Source: Trueperaceae bacterium (GTDB lineage: Bacteria; Deinococcota; Deinococci; Deinococcales; Trueperaceae). From it: DNA of 64,000 nucleotides. This document shows positions 48,221 through 58,128 of this stretch, piece after piece. The position numbers and the translations under genes were made by a program. The stretch is taken from the NCBI GenBank assembly GCA_965213925.1, contig OZ243927.1:416001-480000 (forward strand). The letters are read 5' to 3'. The first letter of the stretch is position 1. Each line of letters begins with the position of its first letter. The notes below the pieces were generated by a model. That model was not told the origin of the DNA, searched no databases, and saw only the letters and a program-made list of their open reading frames with translations.

Positions 48221-48847
48221 TTAGGTCCATGTGCCTAAACTGAGCAAGGCCAAGGAGCGCTCGAGCTTATTCACGCCGCTAGGGGTGAGCGCGACGAGCC
48301 CGTCCAGGACCTCCGCGACGCGCTCCAGGTCGGCGTCTGCGCGCAGCGCCTCGATCTCCAGCTCTGAAAAATGCACGCTCACCTCACCGCCTCGCTGCCT
48401 CGCCACGACGCTGTCGAAGGAAAGCTCCGCGAAGGGGTCGCCGCGTCGTCCTACCAGATAGCGCGTGCGCTCCGTGCTCAGCGCCAGCACGGGCTGCAAC
48501 ATGGTGAGCGGCGCGACCTCCGCGACCTTCATGCGAACCTCTTGCGGCCAAGCCTCGCCCTCCAATGGAAGCTCGAGTTCGTCTCTCGTGTGCAACGCGC
48601 CCCGCGCCGTTCCCGCCGCCTTGAGCGTCGCGAGTGGCGCGCCGCCGTCGATGACGCGCCGCCTCAGCGCTAAGCCCGCCCGCTTCAGATGCTCCCTTCT
48701 CGTGTCGAAATAGAGATCGTCGTGCCTTTCCACGCGCTGAGGTCCGAGGCTGAAACCTTCCTCCGCTAAACTGAGCCGCAGCGCCTCGGTCTCGGGCGGC
48801 TCATCCATGAGAGAAAACTTGAGTTCGCGCTCTGTCTGGAAGTCCAT
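48221..48847 (-). CDS. CYTH domain protein
   Basis: ERELKF, YFDT, LRRR, TLK and ELEIE; start reassigned to ATG 48847. Confidence 0.82.
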   Translation of the reverse strand: MDFQTERELKFSLMDEPPETEALRLSLAEEGFSLGPQRVERHDDLYFDTRREHLKRAGLALRRRVIDGGAPLATLKAAGTARGALHTRDELELPLEGEAWPQEVRMKVAEVAPLTMLQPVLALSTERTRYLVGRRGDPFAELSFDSVVARQRGGEVSVHFSELEIEALRADADLERVAEVLDGLVALTPSGVNKLERSLALLSLGTWT

Positions 48848-48980
48848 AGAACAGTGTAGCGCACACGAAAAGAGGGTGGCTCGAGGTGTAGCGCTACCAT
48901 CCTTTAGCCCACCTCCCTTCAGCCCAACTCGCCACACTCGAGAGGTCACGTCTCGCGCTTCTGAATTTCTTTTGAGAAGA

Positions 48981-49216
48981 CTCAGTGCAGCGTTAAGTAA
49001 AAAACAACATATGCTATTCTGTTCACGAAGTCTGACGTTAAGCCTTGCGGAGCGTAGCGGAGAGAAAGAATCTCGTCCCCTATTCTCGACTAGCTGAGAT
49101 TGCGAGTTACAAAGTTTTGGCAGTGGTCAAACGAGACCCTTCGACAACCGGGCTTCGCCATACTTCGTGAACAAGGTGACAACAGTGTCGCACTCCTTGC
49201 TTAACGGTGTACTTAG
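48981..49216 (-). mobile_element. Repeat family A, copy 3 (inverted)
   Basis: Shares ATTCTGTTCACGAAG, TGCGAGTTACAAAGTTTTGGCA and AAACGAGACCCTT with copy 2; ends CTTAACGGTGTACTTAG. Confidence 0.65.
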
Positions 49217-49260
49217 CGCAGTAATGACGGTGCAAAAGCCACCTGAGCGGTGACGCCTAA

Positions 49261-50022
49261 CTACCAGTACAGGTCGTAGCGTGTATTTTTACTCCTTACT
49301 TCAGCGCTGGGAGTTCTCTCGCCTAGTACGGGAGCACTCCGCGGACGCTTCACCACGACGCGCTTTTTAGCGCACGTCAAGGCGCTGTTCAGCAGCGTGT
49401 GCGCGTCCGCATCGTCCCCTACGAGGTCTCGGAAGAGACGCATCTCTTTTTTCTGCAGCGCGGACCCCTTGCCGTGTGGGTACATCGGGTCTAAGTAGAC
49501 GACGTCGGGGCGTTCGGCGTCCGTAAGGGCGCGCATAACGTGCGCCGCCTGTCCGACGCTCAGCGACATGCGCGCAACGATATAAGAGACTTCAGACTCG
49601 GGCCCGGCCCGCCTCAACCCGTCCTCTAAAAGCGCCCCGATGATGGGCGAGCGCTCCACGAGGTGAACCGTACAGCCGAGCGTCGCCAGCACGAAAGCGT
49701 CTCGACCGAGCCCCGCGGTGGCGTCCAGGACGTGCGGCGCGTTCTGTCCTTTCAGACCTACCGCCCTCGCTAGCGGCTGCTTTCTGCCCCCACCGAACCG
49801 CCGCCGGTGCGCCGCTTTGCCCCCCACGAAGTCCACGTAAACGGACCCTGTAGACGCGCCGACTTCGCGCAGCTCGAGCCGCTCCCGCGTCCAAACGAGC
49901 AAGAGGTCGGCGTCAGGGTCCTCGAGCGGGACGAGGGGCAGACCCAACGCTCGAGCGAGGTTCTCCGCCCGCTCAGTGAGCAGTGGAGAAGAGGTCGTGA
50001 CAGCGACGCGCATGGCGTTCAT
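49261..50022 (-). CDS. rsmJ: 16S rRNA m2G1516 methyltransferase
   Basis: VDFVGG...HRRRFGGG, DATAGLGRDAFVLA, YLDPMYP, KKEM, RVVVKRP and RYDLY. Confidence 0.88.
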   Translation of the reverse strand: MNAMRVAVTTSSPLLTERAENLARALGLPLVPLEDPDADLLLVWTRERLELREVGASTGSVYVDFVGGKAAHRRRFGGGRKQPLARAVGLKGQNAPHVLDATAGLGRDAFVLATLGCTVHLVERSPIIGALLEDGLRRAGPESEVSYIVARMSLSVGQAAHVMRALTDAERPDVVYLDPMYPHGKGSALQKKEMRLFRDLVGDDADAHTLLNSALTCAKKRVVVKRPRSAPVLGERTPSAEVRSKNTRYDLYW

Positions 50023-50039
50023 TCTAAGAGGTGGAGCAC

Positions 50040-50216
50040 TTAGTACATCGTTAAGTAAGTATTGATACTTATTACTGATGTCACCCTGAGCCGAAGGCGT
50101 AAGGGTCTCGCCTTTCGTTCTCTGTCAGAGGAGTCAGCAAGGGCAGAGATTCGTTCACTCCGCTGTCGCTGCGTTCAGAATGACATGCTTCACTTTTTAG
50201 CTAACAGAGCACTTAG
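50040..50216 (+). mobile_element. Repeat family A, copy 4
   Basis: TTAGTACATCGTTAAG...TGTCACCCTGAGCCGAAGGCGTAAGGGTCTCG...CAGAATGACAT...CTAACAGAGCACTTAG. Confidence 0.7.
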
Positions 50217-50340
50217 AGGAGTGTTACCAAAGAGGTGCAAAACGGAGCGCCCCGGCGATTGTAGTTGAGACTGGTATCTGAGCGAGATCAATTTGTTACC
50301 TTAAATATTAAGGTATTTTATGAATCTTTAGGAGGTTCAC

Positions 50341-50724
50341 ATGGCAGTTGACGATTTGAGGCAGAACAGGATGATGACGCATTTATTAGAGGCGCTCGAG
50401 GACGGCAAAGACATCGGTCACTACGGGCGTTTGGTCTTTACGATGGTGGCGCGGCACTTCGTGGACAACGAAGAACTCGTCGACCTCTTGGCGCAGGATA
50501 AGGACGAGGATAAAGATGAGGCGAGAGGTTTGGTGCAGCAAGTCGAGGACGCCGACTACAGCCCGCCTAGCCGCGACACGATCCTGGGCTACCATAAGCA
50601 GCAGGATTTCCCTATCCTACCCGACGCCGACGACCCGGATGTCGGCAACGTCTATCAAGATTTGACCTTTCCCGACCACGTGTACGAGAGCATCGCCGAG
50701 TACCGTGAGCAGAAGGCGACTTAG
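50341..50724 (+). CDS. Conserved-looking hypothetical protein
   Basis: Strong RBS AGGAGG; 127 aa, acidic; followed by a hairpin at about 50773-50805. Confidence 0.7.
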   Translation: MAVDDLRQNRMMTHLLEALEDGKDIGHYGRLVFTMVARHFVDNEELVDLLAQDKDEDKDEARGLVQQVEDADYSPPSRDTILGYHKQQDFPILPDADDPDVGNVYQDLTFPDHVYESIAEYREQKAT

Positions 50725-51135
50725 GGTATTACTGTTAGAACCGGGTTGCGATAGGTCGCAATAGTTTTAGGTAGAGGAGGAGAACCGCGAAGGTCCTCCT
50801 CCTCTGTCTTTGGGTCGGTCACGGCTCTGCTTAGACGATGCAATATCGAATGGTGCGAGGTTACGTTGCAACCCGCTGTAGCAGAGCGCCTTAGCCGGTC
50901 TGCGTAGAGACGTTCGACCTGGCGCTGCAGCCGAAGCGACATCGGCGAAACGGTTGCGTGAAGGAAACGTTAAAACTTTGCGCCCTAGACACCCTATATG
51001 TCACAGTCAAACCTCTTGAAATGCTATAAGTTGGGTTTATGTAACACGCGCTGACTGTCTGCTCAGACTTGTCTGGGTTGTTCACTACTATCAGCACGAC
51101 GCACATTACGTCATAGAATTGCTTTATAAGGGGTC

Positions 51136-52353
51136 ATGATCATGCCGAATACCGCAACGCTTAAAAAAGAGCTTCCTGTACGGACGACACCTTTTGCGCC
51201 GTGGCCCCACTTCGAAGAGGATGAGATGGGGGCTGTGCTCGAGGTCATGCGTTCGGGGCAGGTCAACTACTGGACGGGCGAGCAAGGACGCCTGTTCGAG
51301 CAGGAATTCGCCGACTATACGGGCTGCAACTACGCGATCGCCCTCGCCAACGGGACGGTGGCGCTCGAGCTAGCCCTCTACGCCTTAGGCGTCGGCGCGG
51401 GCGACGAAGTGATCACCACGACCCGCACTTTTATCGCCTCCGCGAGCGCCGCCGTGATGCGCGGCGCGACGCCCGTCATTGCCGACGTGGACCCCGAGAG
51501 CCAAAACATCACCGCCGAGACGATCGAGGCGGTTATCACGCCCCGCACAAAAGCGATCATCGCCGTTCACTTAGCGGGCTGGCCCTGCGACATGGACGCG
51601 ATCATGGCGCTCGCTGAGAAATACGACATCAAGGTCATTGAGGATTGCGCGCAGGCGCACGGCGCGACCTATAAGGGTCGTCCGGTCGGCTCGCTCGGTA
51701 ACGTGGCCGCGTTCTCCTTCTGCCAGGACAAGATCATGACGACGGGCGGCGAAGGGGGTCTGCTCACCACCAACGACAAGGACATTTGGGAGAAGGCGTG
51801 GTCTTACAAAGATCACGGCAAGAGCTACGACGCCGTCTATAACCGCGACCATCCGCCAGGCTTTCGTTGGCTTCACGAGTCTTTCGGCACCAACTGGCGA
51901 CTCACCGAGATGCAGTCCGCTATCGGCAGGCTCCAACTGCGCAAGCTTCCGGCTTGGCACGAGGCGCGTCAGCGTCACGCGGCTATCCTGACAGAGCGTT
52001 TCTCTAGAATCGAATCCCTTCGCGTTGCCAAGCCGCCCGCAGACATCGAGCACGCCTACTACAAGTACTACGTCTTCGTGCGTCCCGAACGGCTGCGCGC
52101 GGGCTGGAGCCGCGATCACGTCATGCAAGCGGTCAGCCATGAGGGTATCCCTTGCTTTAGCGGTAGCTGCAGCGAAATATATTTAGAGAAGGCGTTCGTC
52201 GAGGCGAGCTTAGGTCCAGCGAGACCGCTGAGCGTCGCTAGAGAGTTAGGCGAGACCTCACTGATGTTCCTCGTTCATCCAACGCTCTCAGAGAGGGACA
52301 TGGAAGACACTTGTGACGCCGTAGAGAAGGTTATAGCGTACGCCACGTACTAA
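51136..52353 (+). CDS. DegT/DnrJ/EryC1/StrS nucleotide-sugar aminotransferase
   Basis: NGTVAL, VHLAG, EDCAQAHGA, SFCQDKIMTTGGEGG and GTNWR. Confidence 0.92.
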   Translation: MIMPNTATLKKELPVRTTPFAPWPHFEEDEMGAVLEVMRSGQVNYWTGEQGRLFEQEFADYTGCNYAIALANGTVALELALYALGVGAGDEVITTTRTFIASASAAVMRGATPVIADVDPESQNITAETIEAVITPRTKAIIAVHLAGWPCDMDAIMALAEKYDIKVIEDCAQAHGATYKGRPVGSLGNVAAFSFCQDKIMTTGGEGGLLTTNDKDIWEKAWSYKDHGKSYDAVYNRDHPPGFRWLHESFGTNWRLTEMQSAIGRLQLRKLPAWHEARQRHAAILTERFSRIESLRVAKPPADIEHAYYKYYVFVRPERLRAGWSRDHVMQAVSHEGIPCFSGSCSEIYLEKAFVEASLGPARPLSVARELGETSLMFLVHPTLSERDMEDTCDAVEKVIAYATY

Positions 52354-52384
52354 AAAATTGGGCCGCAAGATGTCAAAGGTAAGC

Positions 52385-52438
52385 GTCCAACTGTAGCAGC
52401 GAGCTAAAGAATTCTTTAGCTCGCTGCTACAGTTGGAC
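52385..52438. repeat. Perfect 54-bp palindrome
   Basis: GTCCAACTGTAGCAGCGAGCTAAAGAA|TTCTTTAGCTCGCTGCTACAGTTGGAC with no spacer. Confidence 0.95.
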
Positions 52439-53002
52439 ATCCCTACGAACTGCACGCTTCCCAACGATGGGGTGAAATATTCGAGGTGCAGAAGCAGACG
52501 GCCTCATGGTGTACACTCATTTACGTGTTAAAGTGCACAAAACTACCCTGCCGAGAGGCGCGAAACATCCCAAAAAGACACAACAGGAAGCGCTACGCCC
52601 AGCTTATTACACCTGCACCCATCACTTTACTCATTCCACTTTGGAACATCATAAGCAGCGTTGAATGGGATAAGCCTTGACCCCTTCATCAACCCTTAAA
52701 GAAGCTGATCCCCTCTATCAAAAGTGTGACGTGTCTGCGATTATAGAGTGTGACTTGCCTATAAGGTAAGTAGGTAGAACCAGAGAGACGATACGTACGG
52801 TGACGGAATTATACGTGACATGAAGACATTAGCCTCAACACCGCGCTCAGCTAACGTTGAACGCATCTCCACCCCACGTCTAAGCTGTGCGAACACCGCG
52901 CGCCGTTTAGGATCGTCACTCTGCCAAACTAGCACATGGCTCAGCGGAGCACCGCTCGAGCCGCAGCCACAGCGTAAACTATAACAACGTCAGGATGGGG
53001 GC

Positions 53003-54916
53003 ATGGTGCAATCTAACCTCGAACACACTCGCTCATTTAGGAATCAACTCATAAACCTCGATATTCGACGTCGCCGTAAGCTTACAAAGTTCGCTATCGA
53101 CCTAACGATATGGTCTTTGGCACCGCTGCTCGCTTTCTTTGTTCGCTACGACGGCTCGGTGCCCGCGCAAAGCGCTAACGGCATAGTCACCATCACGGCG
53201 CTGCTTGTTCTACTCAAGATCGCCGCTACGGTTCCTTTCGGATTTTACCAGCGAAGCTGGAGCAAAGTTGCGTTTAGAGATGTTGGCAACGTTGTCAAAG
53301 TTATTGTAGGTACAGCGTTCGTCGCTAGCGTCTTGCTGCTTTGGCTCGGCCCACTCTTGCAGATACCGAGGTCTATCGCTGTCATCGACGGGTTTATTGC
53401 GCTCCTCGCGATGAGCGGCGTGCGGGCGTCGTTTCGCTATCTGCATGAAAGCCGCTTGGAGCGGGCTGCGAGCGACCAAAAGCGCAAAGCCGTTCTCATC
53501 ATCGGCGCAGGCGAAGCGGGCTCGCTCATCGTGCGTGAGATGTTGCGCCATCCAGAAACCGGGCTCCAGCCGGTCGGTTTTCTCGACGACGACCAGCAGA
53601 AGATCGGCTACCGCATCGCCACGGTGCCCGTACTCGGCACAGTTGACGAGCTTAGCACTGTGGTTAGAGAGCACCACGTTGACGAGGTGCTTATTGCGCT
53701 CCCCTCCACCGACGGTAAAACGGTGCGTAAGGTCGTCGAGCGTATTGAGCGCGCACGAGCAGACCTCAAGTATAGAATCATTCCCGGCGTTTACGAGCTT
53801 TTAAGCGGCGAGGTCGATATCAGCCGCATCCGTGAGGTCGAAATCGAAGACCTCTTGCGCAGACCGCCCATCGAACTCGATACGGACACGATCAGCAGCT
53901 ACATCACCGGCAAAACGGTGATGGTCACGGGCGCGGGCGGCTCGATCGGCTCCGAGTTGGTGCGGCAAATCTGCCGCTTCGAGCCTAAAGAGTTGATCTT
54001 ATTTGGGCACGGCGAAAATAGCATCTACAAGCTCGAGCGCGAACTCGACCGCGACTGGCCCGGCATCCCCTATCACAGCGTGATCGCCGCCGTCCAGAAT
54101 GTCGTGCGCTTAGACTATATTTTCCAGTACTACAGCCCGCAAGTCGTCTTCCATACGGCGGCGCATAAGCATGTCCCCTTGATGGAACTTAACCCTGAAG
54201 AGGCGATTTTCAACAACATCATTGGCAGCAAAAACCTCGTCACCTTAGCGCTCAAGTACGGCGTGTCACACTTCGTCAACATCTCGACCGACAAAGCGGT
54301 CAACCCCACCTCGATCATGGGCGCATCTAAATGGATGGTCGAGCGCGTCGTGCAGGCGGCGGCGCGGCAGGCGAGCAAGGACCAGGTCTTCGCCTCGGTT
54401 CGCTTCGGCAACGTGCTAGGAAGCCGTGGCAGCGTGATACCCGTATTCAAGCAGCAGATTCGCGCAGGGGGTCCCGTCACCGTGACGCACCCCGACATGA
54501 CCCGCTACTTCATGACCATCCCAGAGGCGACGCAACTCGTGCTACAAGCCGCAGGTCAGGGCAAGAACGGGGAGATTTATATTCTGGACATGGGCGAGCC
54601 CGTCAGGATTTTCGACCTAGCGCGCGACCTCATCAAGCTCTCCGGCTTCGAACCCGACGTGGATATTCCCATCGTTTTCTCCGGTAAAAGACCCGGCGAA
54701 AAACTCTACGAGGAGCTGATGACACAAGAGGAGCGGGGCGCGTCGACCGCGCACAAGAAAATCTTCGCCGCCAAACCCTCCCGCTTGGACCTCGAAGCGT
54801 TGGAATATACCGTTAGAGAGTTGCAAGAAGCCGCGCTCAACTCGGATCACGACAAGATTCGGCAACAACTCTCTGAATATATCCAGGGCTGTAACTTTGA
54901 AAGCTTGAAAGCTTAG
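53003..54916 (+). CDS. Membrane-anchored nucleotide-sugar 4,6-dehydratase (PglF/CapD/WbpM-like)
   Basis: N-terminal TMs, GAGEAG, TGAGGSIGSE, AAHKHVP, STDKAVNP, RFGNVLGSRGSV and RPGEKLYEEL. Confidence 0.92.
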   Translation: MVQSNLEHTRSFRNQLINLDIRRRRKLTKFAIDLTIWSLAPLLAFFVRYDGSVPAQSANGIVTITALLVLLKIAATVPFGFYQRSWSKVAFRDVGNVVKVIVGTAFVASVLLLWLGPLLQIPRSIAVIDGFIALLAMSGVRASFRYLHESRLERAASDQKRKAVLIIGAGEAGSLIVREMLRHPETGLQPVGFLDDDQQKIGYRIATVPVLGTVDELSTVVREHHVDEVLIALPSTDGKTVRKVVERIERARADLKYRIIPGVYELLSGEVDISRIREVEIEDLLRRPPIELDTDTISSYITGKTVMVTGAGGSIGSELVRQICRFEPKELILFGHGENSIYKLERELDRDWPGIPYHSVIAAVQNVVRLDYIFQYYSPQVVFHTAAHKHVPLMELNPEEAIFNNIIGSKNLVTLALKYGVSHFVNISTDKAVNPTSIMGASKWMVERVVQAAARQASKDQVFASVRFGNVLGSRGSVIPVFKQQIRAGGPVTVTHPDMTRYFMTIPEATQLVLQAAGQGKNGEIYILDMGEPVRIFDLARDLIKLSGFEPDVDIPIVFSGKRPGEKLYEELMTQEERGASTAHKKIFAAKPSRLDLEALEYTVRELQEAALNSDHDKIRQQLSEYIQGCNFESLKA

Positions 54917-54935
54917 GCGCTCGTTGTAACGAGCT

Positions 54936-54969
54936 AAGCCCCTCAACCTCACGAGGTTGAGGGGCTTTT
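54936..54969 (+). terminator. Intrinsic terminator
   Basis: AAGCCCCTCAACCTC-AC-GAGGTTGAGGGGCTTTT after the stop at 54916. Confidence 0.75.
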
Positions 54970-55046
54970 CACATGGGGACAATTGTCTATTAAGAGACGG
55001 CGCACTTATGACGTAGACTGAATACTGAAATGATGAGAGTTACGCC

Positions 55047-55760
55047 GTGACGCCAACCCTGCCCCTCGCGTTCTTTGCGGGCGTTCTGTCGTTCTTGTCG
55101 CCCTGTGTGCTGCCGCTCGTGCCCTCCTATTTAGCCTATGTCGGCGGAAGTTCGGCGGGCGGAGAAGCACCCAGAAACCTCCTCATCCGCAACAGCTTGT
55201 TTTTTATCCTCGGTTTCTCCCTCATCTTCATAGGACTTGGCGCGTCCGCAAGCCTCATCGGAAGCGTGTTGCAAGAGAACCGCCGTATCCTTACGCTCGT
55301 CGGCGGCGTCCTTATCGTTTCATTTGGTTTAGTTATGCTGGGCGTGATCAAGCTGCCCTTTTTGTACCGCGATACCCGCCAACAGTTCAGTGGCGACAGC
55401 AGCACACCCGTCGGTGCGGTGCTGCTAGGCATGGCGTTTGCTGCGGGTTGGACACCCTGCATCGGTCCCGTGTTGGGCGGCGTGCTCACGCTCGCGGGGG
55501 CGTCGGGCACGCTCGGCTTCGGCGTCATCCTCTTAGCGAGCTACGCGCTCGGGCTAGCGGTGCCTTTTTTGCTTTCAGCCCTGGCGATAGGCTCGTTTAC
55601 GCGCTTCTCGCACCGCTTCCGCAATTACCTCCCCTGGGTCGAGCGCGTCTCGGGCGGCATTTTACTGATTGCCGGTATCATGCTCCTCACCGGAACCTAC
55701 ACCGAACTCAACACCTATCTCATCCGCTTTACGCCCGAATGGTTGTGGAGTCGCCTATGA
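55047..55760 (+). CDS. ccdA: Cytochrome c biogenesis protein CcdA
   Basis: SFLSPCVLPLVP and GWTPCIGP. Confidence 0.9.
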   Translation: MTPTLPLAFFAGVLSFLSPCVLPLVPSYLAYVGGSSAGGEAPRNLLIRNSLFFILGFSLIFIGLGASASLIGSVLQENRRILTLVGGVLIVSFGLVMLGVIKLPFLYRDTRQQFSGDSSTPVGAVLLGMAFAAGWTPCIGPVLGGVLTLAGASGTLGFGVILLASYALGLAVPFLLSALAIGSFTRFSHRFRNYLPWVERVSGGILLIAGIMLLTGTYTELNTYLIRFTPEWLWSRL

Positions 55761-56494
55761 CGCAAGGTGTAAAGGCGATCGAACTACGCAACCTCTCGAG
55801 GCGTTACGGCGCAGTCTATGTGCTGCGGGACATCAGTTTAACGGTGTCAGCGGGCAAAACGGTCGTGCTGCGCGGCGGCAATGGCGCGGGCAAGACGACC
55901 TTTTTGCGCGTGCTCTCGAGCAAGCTCCGCCCAAGTCGTGGTGACGGCAAGGTTTTCGGTCACGACCTCATCAAAGAGGCAGCGCAGGTGCGGCAGCAGA
56001 TTGCCTACTTGACCGTCTTAGGTGGAAGCTACGGGACACTTTCGGCGCTGGAGAATTTGGAGTTTGCTGCGAAACTTTACGGGAAGAGGTTGGGCAAGGA
56101 GGAACTGGAGGGGATGCTCGAGCGTGTCGGACTCCTCGAGGCGAAGGATAAACTCGTGAGGACGTTCTCGAGCGGCATGAAAAAACGCTTAGGCGTCGCT
56201 CGGCTTCTTTTGTCGGACGCGAACCTCTGGCTTTTAGACGAACCTTACGCCGCGCTCGACGAGGGCGGTAAGACGCTGATTGACGACCTCTTGGTTCAGG
56301 CGAAGACGCAAGGTAAAACCGTCATGATGGCGTCCCACGATCTGGCGCGGAGTGCGCAGTTTGCCGATAGCGTGTTGGAACTGAGGCAGGGTCAGCTCTT
56401 TGCGGCTTCGGCTTCGGTGGAAGAGGTGGCGCGAACGAATCTTGATGTGCCTACGGATACGCCGAAGGTCAAGCTCGAGGCTGCCCATGTCTGA
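55757..56494 (+). CDS. ccmA: Heme ABC exporter ATP-binding protein
   Basis: ATGA overlap; GGNGAGKTT, FSSGMKKR and WLLDEPY. Confidence 0.88.
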   Translation: MTQGVKAIELRNLSRRYGAVYVLRDISLTVSAGKTVVLRGGNGAGKTTFLRVLSSKLRPSRGDGKVFGHDLIKEAAQVRQQIAYLTVLGGSYGTLSALENLEFAAKLYGKRLGKEELEGMLERVGLLEAKDKLVRTFSSGMKKRLGVARLLLSDANLWLLDEPYAALDEGGKTLIDDLLVQAKTQGKTVMMASHDLARSAQFADSVLELRQGQLFAASASVEEVARTNLDVPTDTPKVKLEAAHV

Positions 56495-57164
56495 ATTCGT
56501 GACAACGTTCGCCCTAGCGCGAAAAGACCTTTTACAAGAGGTCAGGAGCAAAGCGGTCACGGTGGCGACGCTCTTCTTCTCCGGCTTGGTGCTCGTCATC
56601 CTCGCCTTCGCCATCGGTCCGAGCGACGCCGCTTTAGCTAACGCTGCCCCCGGCGTGCTCTGGGTGGCACTCGCCTTTGCTGGCGTCATCTCGGCGGCGC
56701 AGAGTTATCAGACGGAGCTTGAAGAGGGAGCCTTAGAGCAACTCCTCCTCTACCCTGTGCCGAGAGCGGTTATCTTTCTAGGTAAGCTGGCTGCGAACTG
56801 GCTCTTTATGAGCCTCTTGGGGTTCATCCTCTTACCACTCAGCGCAACCCTTTTTGGCGCGTCTTTAACAGAGAACCGGGCGTGGCTCCTGCTTACCATC
56901 TTGCTCGGCACATTAGGCTTTTCGCTCATCGCGACCTTCTACGCGGCGCTCACCGCGAACCTGCGTGCGAGAGAGTCCCTGCTCCCCGTTCTGATGTTTC
57001 CCGTCGTCGTTCCGGTGCTGCTCGCAGCGGTACGTTCTACAGGTGAAATCACGCGTTCAGGCAACCTCCAAATCGCCCAAGACTGGTTACAATTACTAGC
57101 AGGATTCGACCTCATCTATCTGGTGGTCTGCACCGCTATTTTCCCTTTTGTTGTTGAAGAGTAG
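56487..57164 (+). CDS. ccmB: Heme exporter permease
   Basis: KDL..E.RS, GVLWVA, E.EEGALEQLLLYP and LLPVLMFP. Confidence 0.88.
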   Translation: MSEFVTTFALARKDLLQEVRSKAVTVATLFFSGLVLVILAFAIGPSDAALANAAPGVLWVALAFAGVISAAQSYQTELEEGALEQLLLYPVPRAVIFLGKLAANWLFMSLLGFILLPLSATLFGASLTENRAWLLLTILLGTLGFSLIATFYAALTANLRARESLLPVLMFPVVVPVLLAAVRSTGEITRSGNLQIAQDWLQLLAGFDLIYLVVCTAIFPFVVEE

Positions 57165-57245
57165 AGTGAACGTGAAATATTTCTATAGACCTTCCCCATC
57201 GCGGTCAGTAGACACACTGATGACCTTAAAGTCAGAGGAGCACGC

Positions 57246-57995
57246 ATGACATCACCATCCATGAAGCGCCCGCAAAAACGTCCACAGAAACGTCCTATGT
57301 GGCTCAACCTCTTCGGGCTAAGCGTCCTCGCCCTTCTCGGCATTGGGATGTTCATGGCGCTCGTCACCTCACCCGCGGACGTGAACCAAGGAGACTTGAT
57401 TCGCATCATGTACGCGCACGTCTCGGTTGCGTGGATTAGCTTTGTGGCGATTATCGCCACGGCGATTTTCGGCTCGCTTTTCTTATGGCGCAGCAAAAAA
57501 ACGGACGACATTCTGGCAGTCGCGAGCGCGGAGATGGCGGTCTTATACGCAGGGCTTACGCTCATCGGCGGCATGACCTACAGCAAACCGACCTTGAACA
57601 CCTGGTGGACGTGGGACGCGAAGCTCACGCTGACCGCGCTCATGTTCGCGCTTTTAGTCGGCTACTTCATCGTGCGCGGGCTCATCGACGACCCCGAGCG
57701 GCGCGGGCGAGTGAGCGCGGTGGTGAGCATCATCACGGCGGTGAGTTTGCCCTTCAACTACCTTGCCTCAGAATGGTTTCGCACGCTGCACCCCGCGAAG
57801 AGCGTCAACTTGGATGGCAGCGGCGTAACGATGGAACCGGCGATGCTGCAGACGCTTCTCTTCAACGTCGCTGTAGCGGGACTTATCTACGTGTACTTTA
57901 TGGTTGAGCGCGTGCGCATCGGTCGGCTCGAGGCGAAGCTCAGCGAAGCGGAGGAGCACGAGCGTGCGCCGCGCGGGGAGGTCGTTCATGTTTGA
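57246..57995 (+). CDS. ccmC: Heme exporter/CcmC
   Basis: IMYAHV, WWTWDAKLT (WWD domain) and RTLHP. Confidence 0.9.
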   Translation: MTSPSMKRPQKRPQKRPMWLNLFGLSVLALLGIGMFMALVTSPADVNQGDLIRIMYAHVSVAWISFVAIIATAIFGSLFLWRSKKTDDILAVASAEMAVLYAGLTLIGGMTYSKPTLNTWWTWDAKLTLTALMFALLVGYFIVRGLIDDPERRGRVSAVVSIITAVSLPFNYLASEWFRTLHPAKSVNLDGSGVTMEPAMLQTLLFNVAVAGLIYVYFMVERVRIGRLEAKLSEAEEHERAPRGEVVHV

Positions 57996-58128
57996 GTCTC
58001 TAAGTGCGTGGGGCTGGGTCGCCTTTGCGTGGGCACAACTCTTTGTCGCTTACGGTGGATACTTAGGGTATTTACGTTGGCGCGAGAAGCGTTTAGAGCG
58101 GGAGGGAGAGCGAACATCAAACGAGTAG
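57988..58128 (+). CDS. ccmD: Heme exporter protein D
   Basis: 46 aa, single TM plus basic tail, located between ccmC and ccmE, RBS GGGGAGG. Confidence 0.65.
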   Translation: MFESLSAWGWVAFAWAQLFVAYGGYLGYLRWREKRLEREGERTSNE

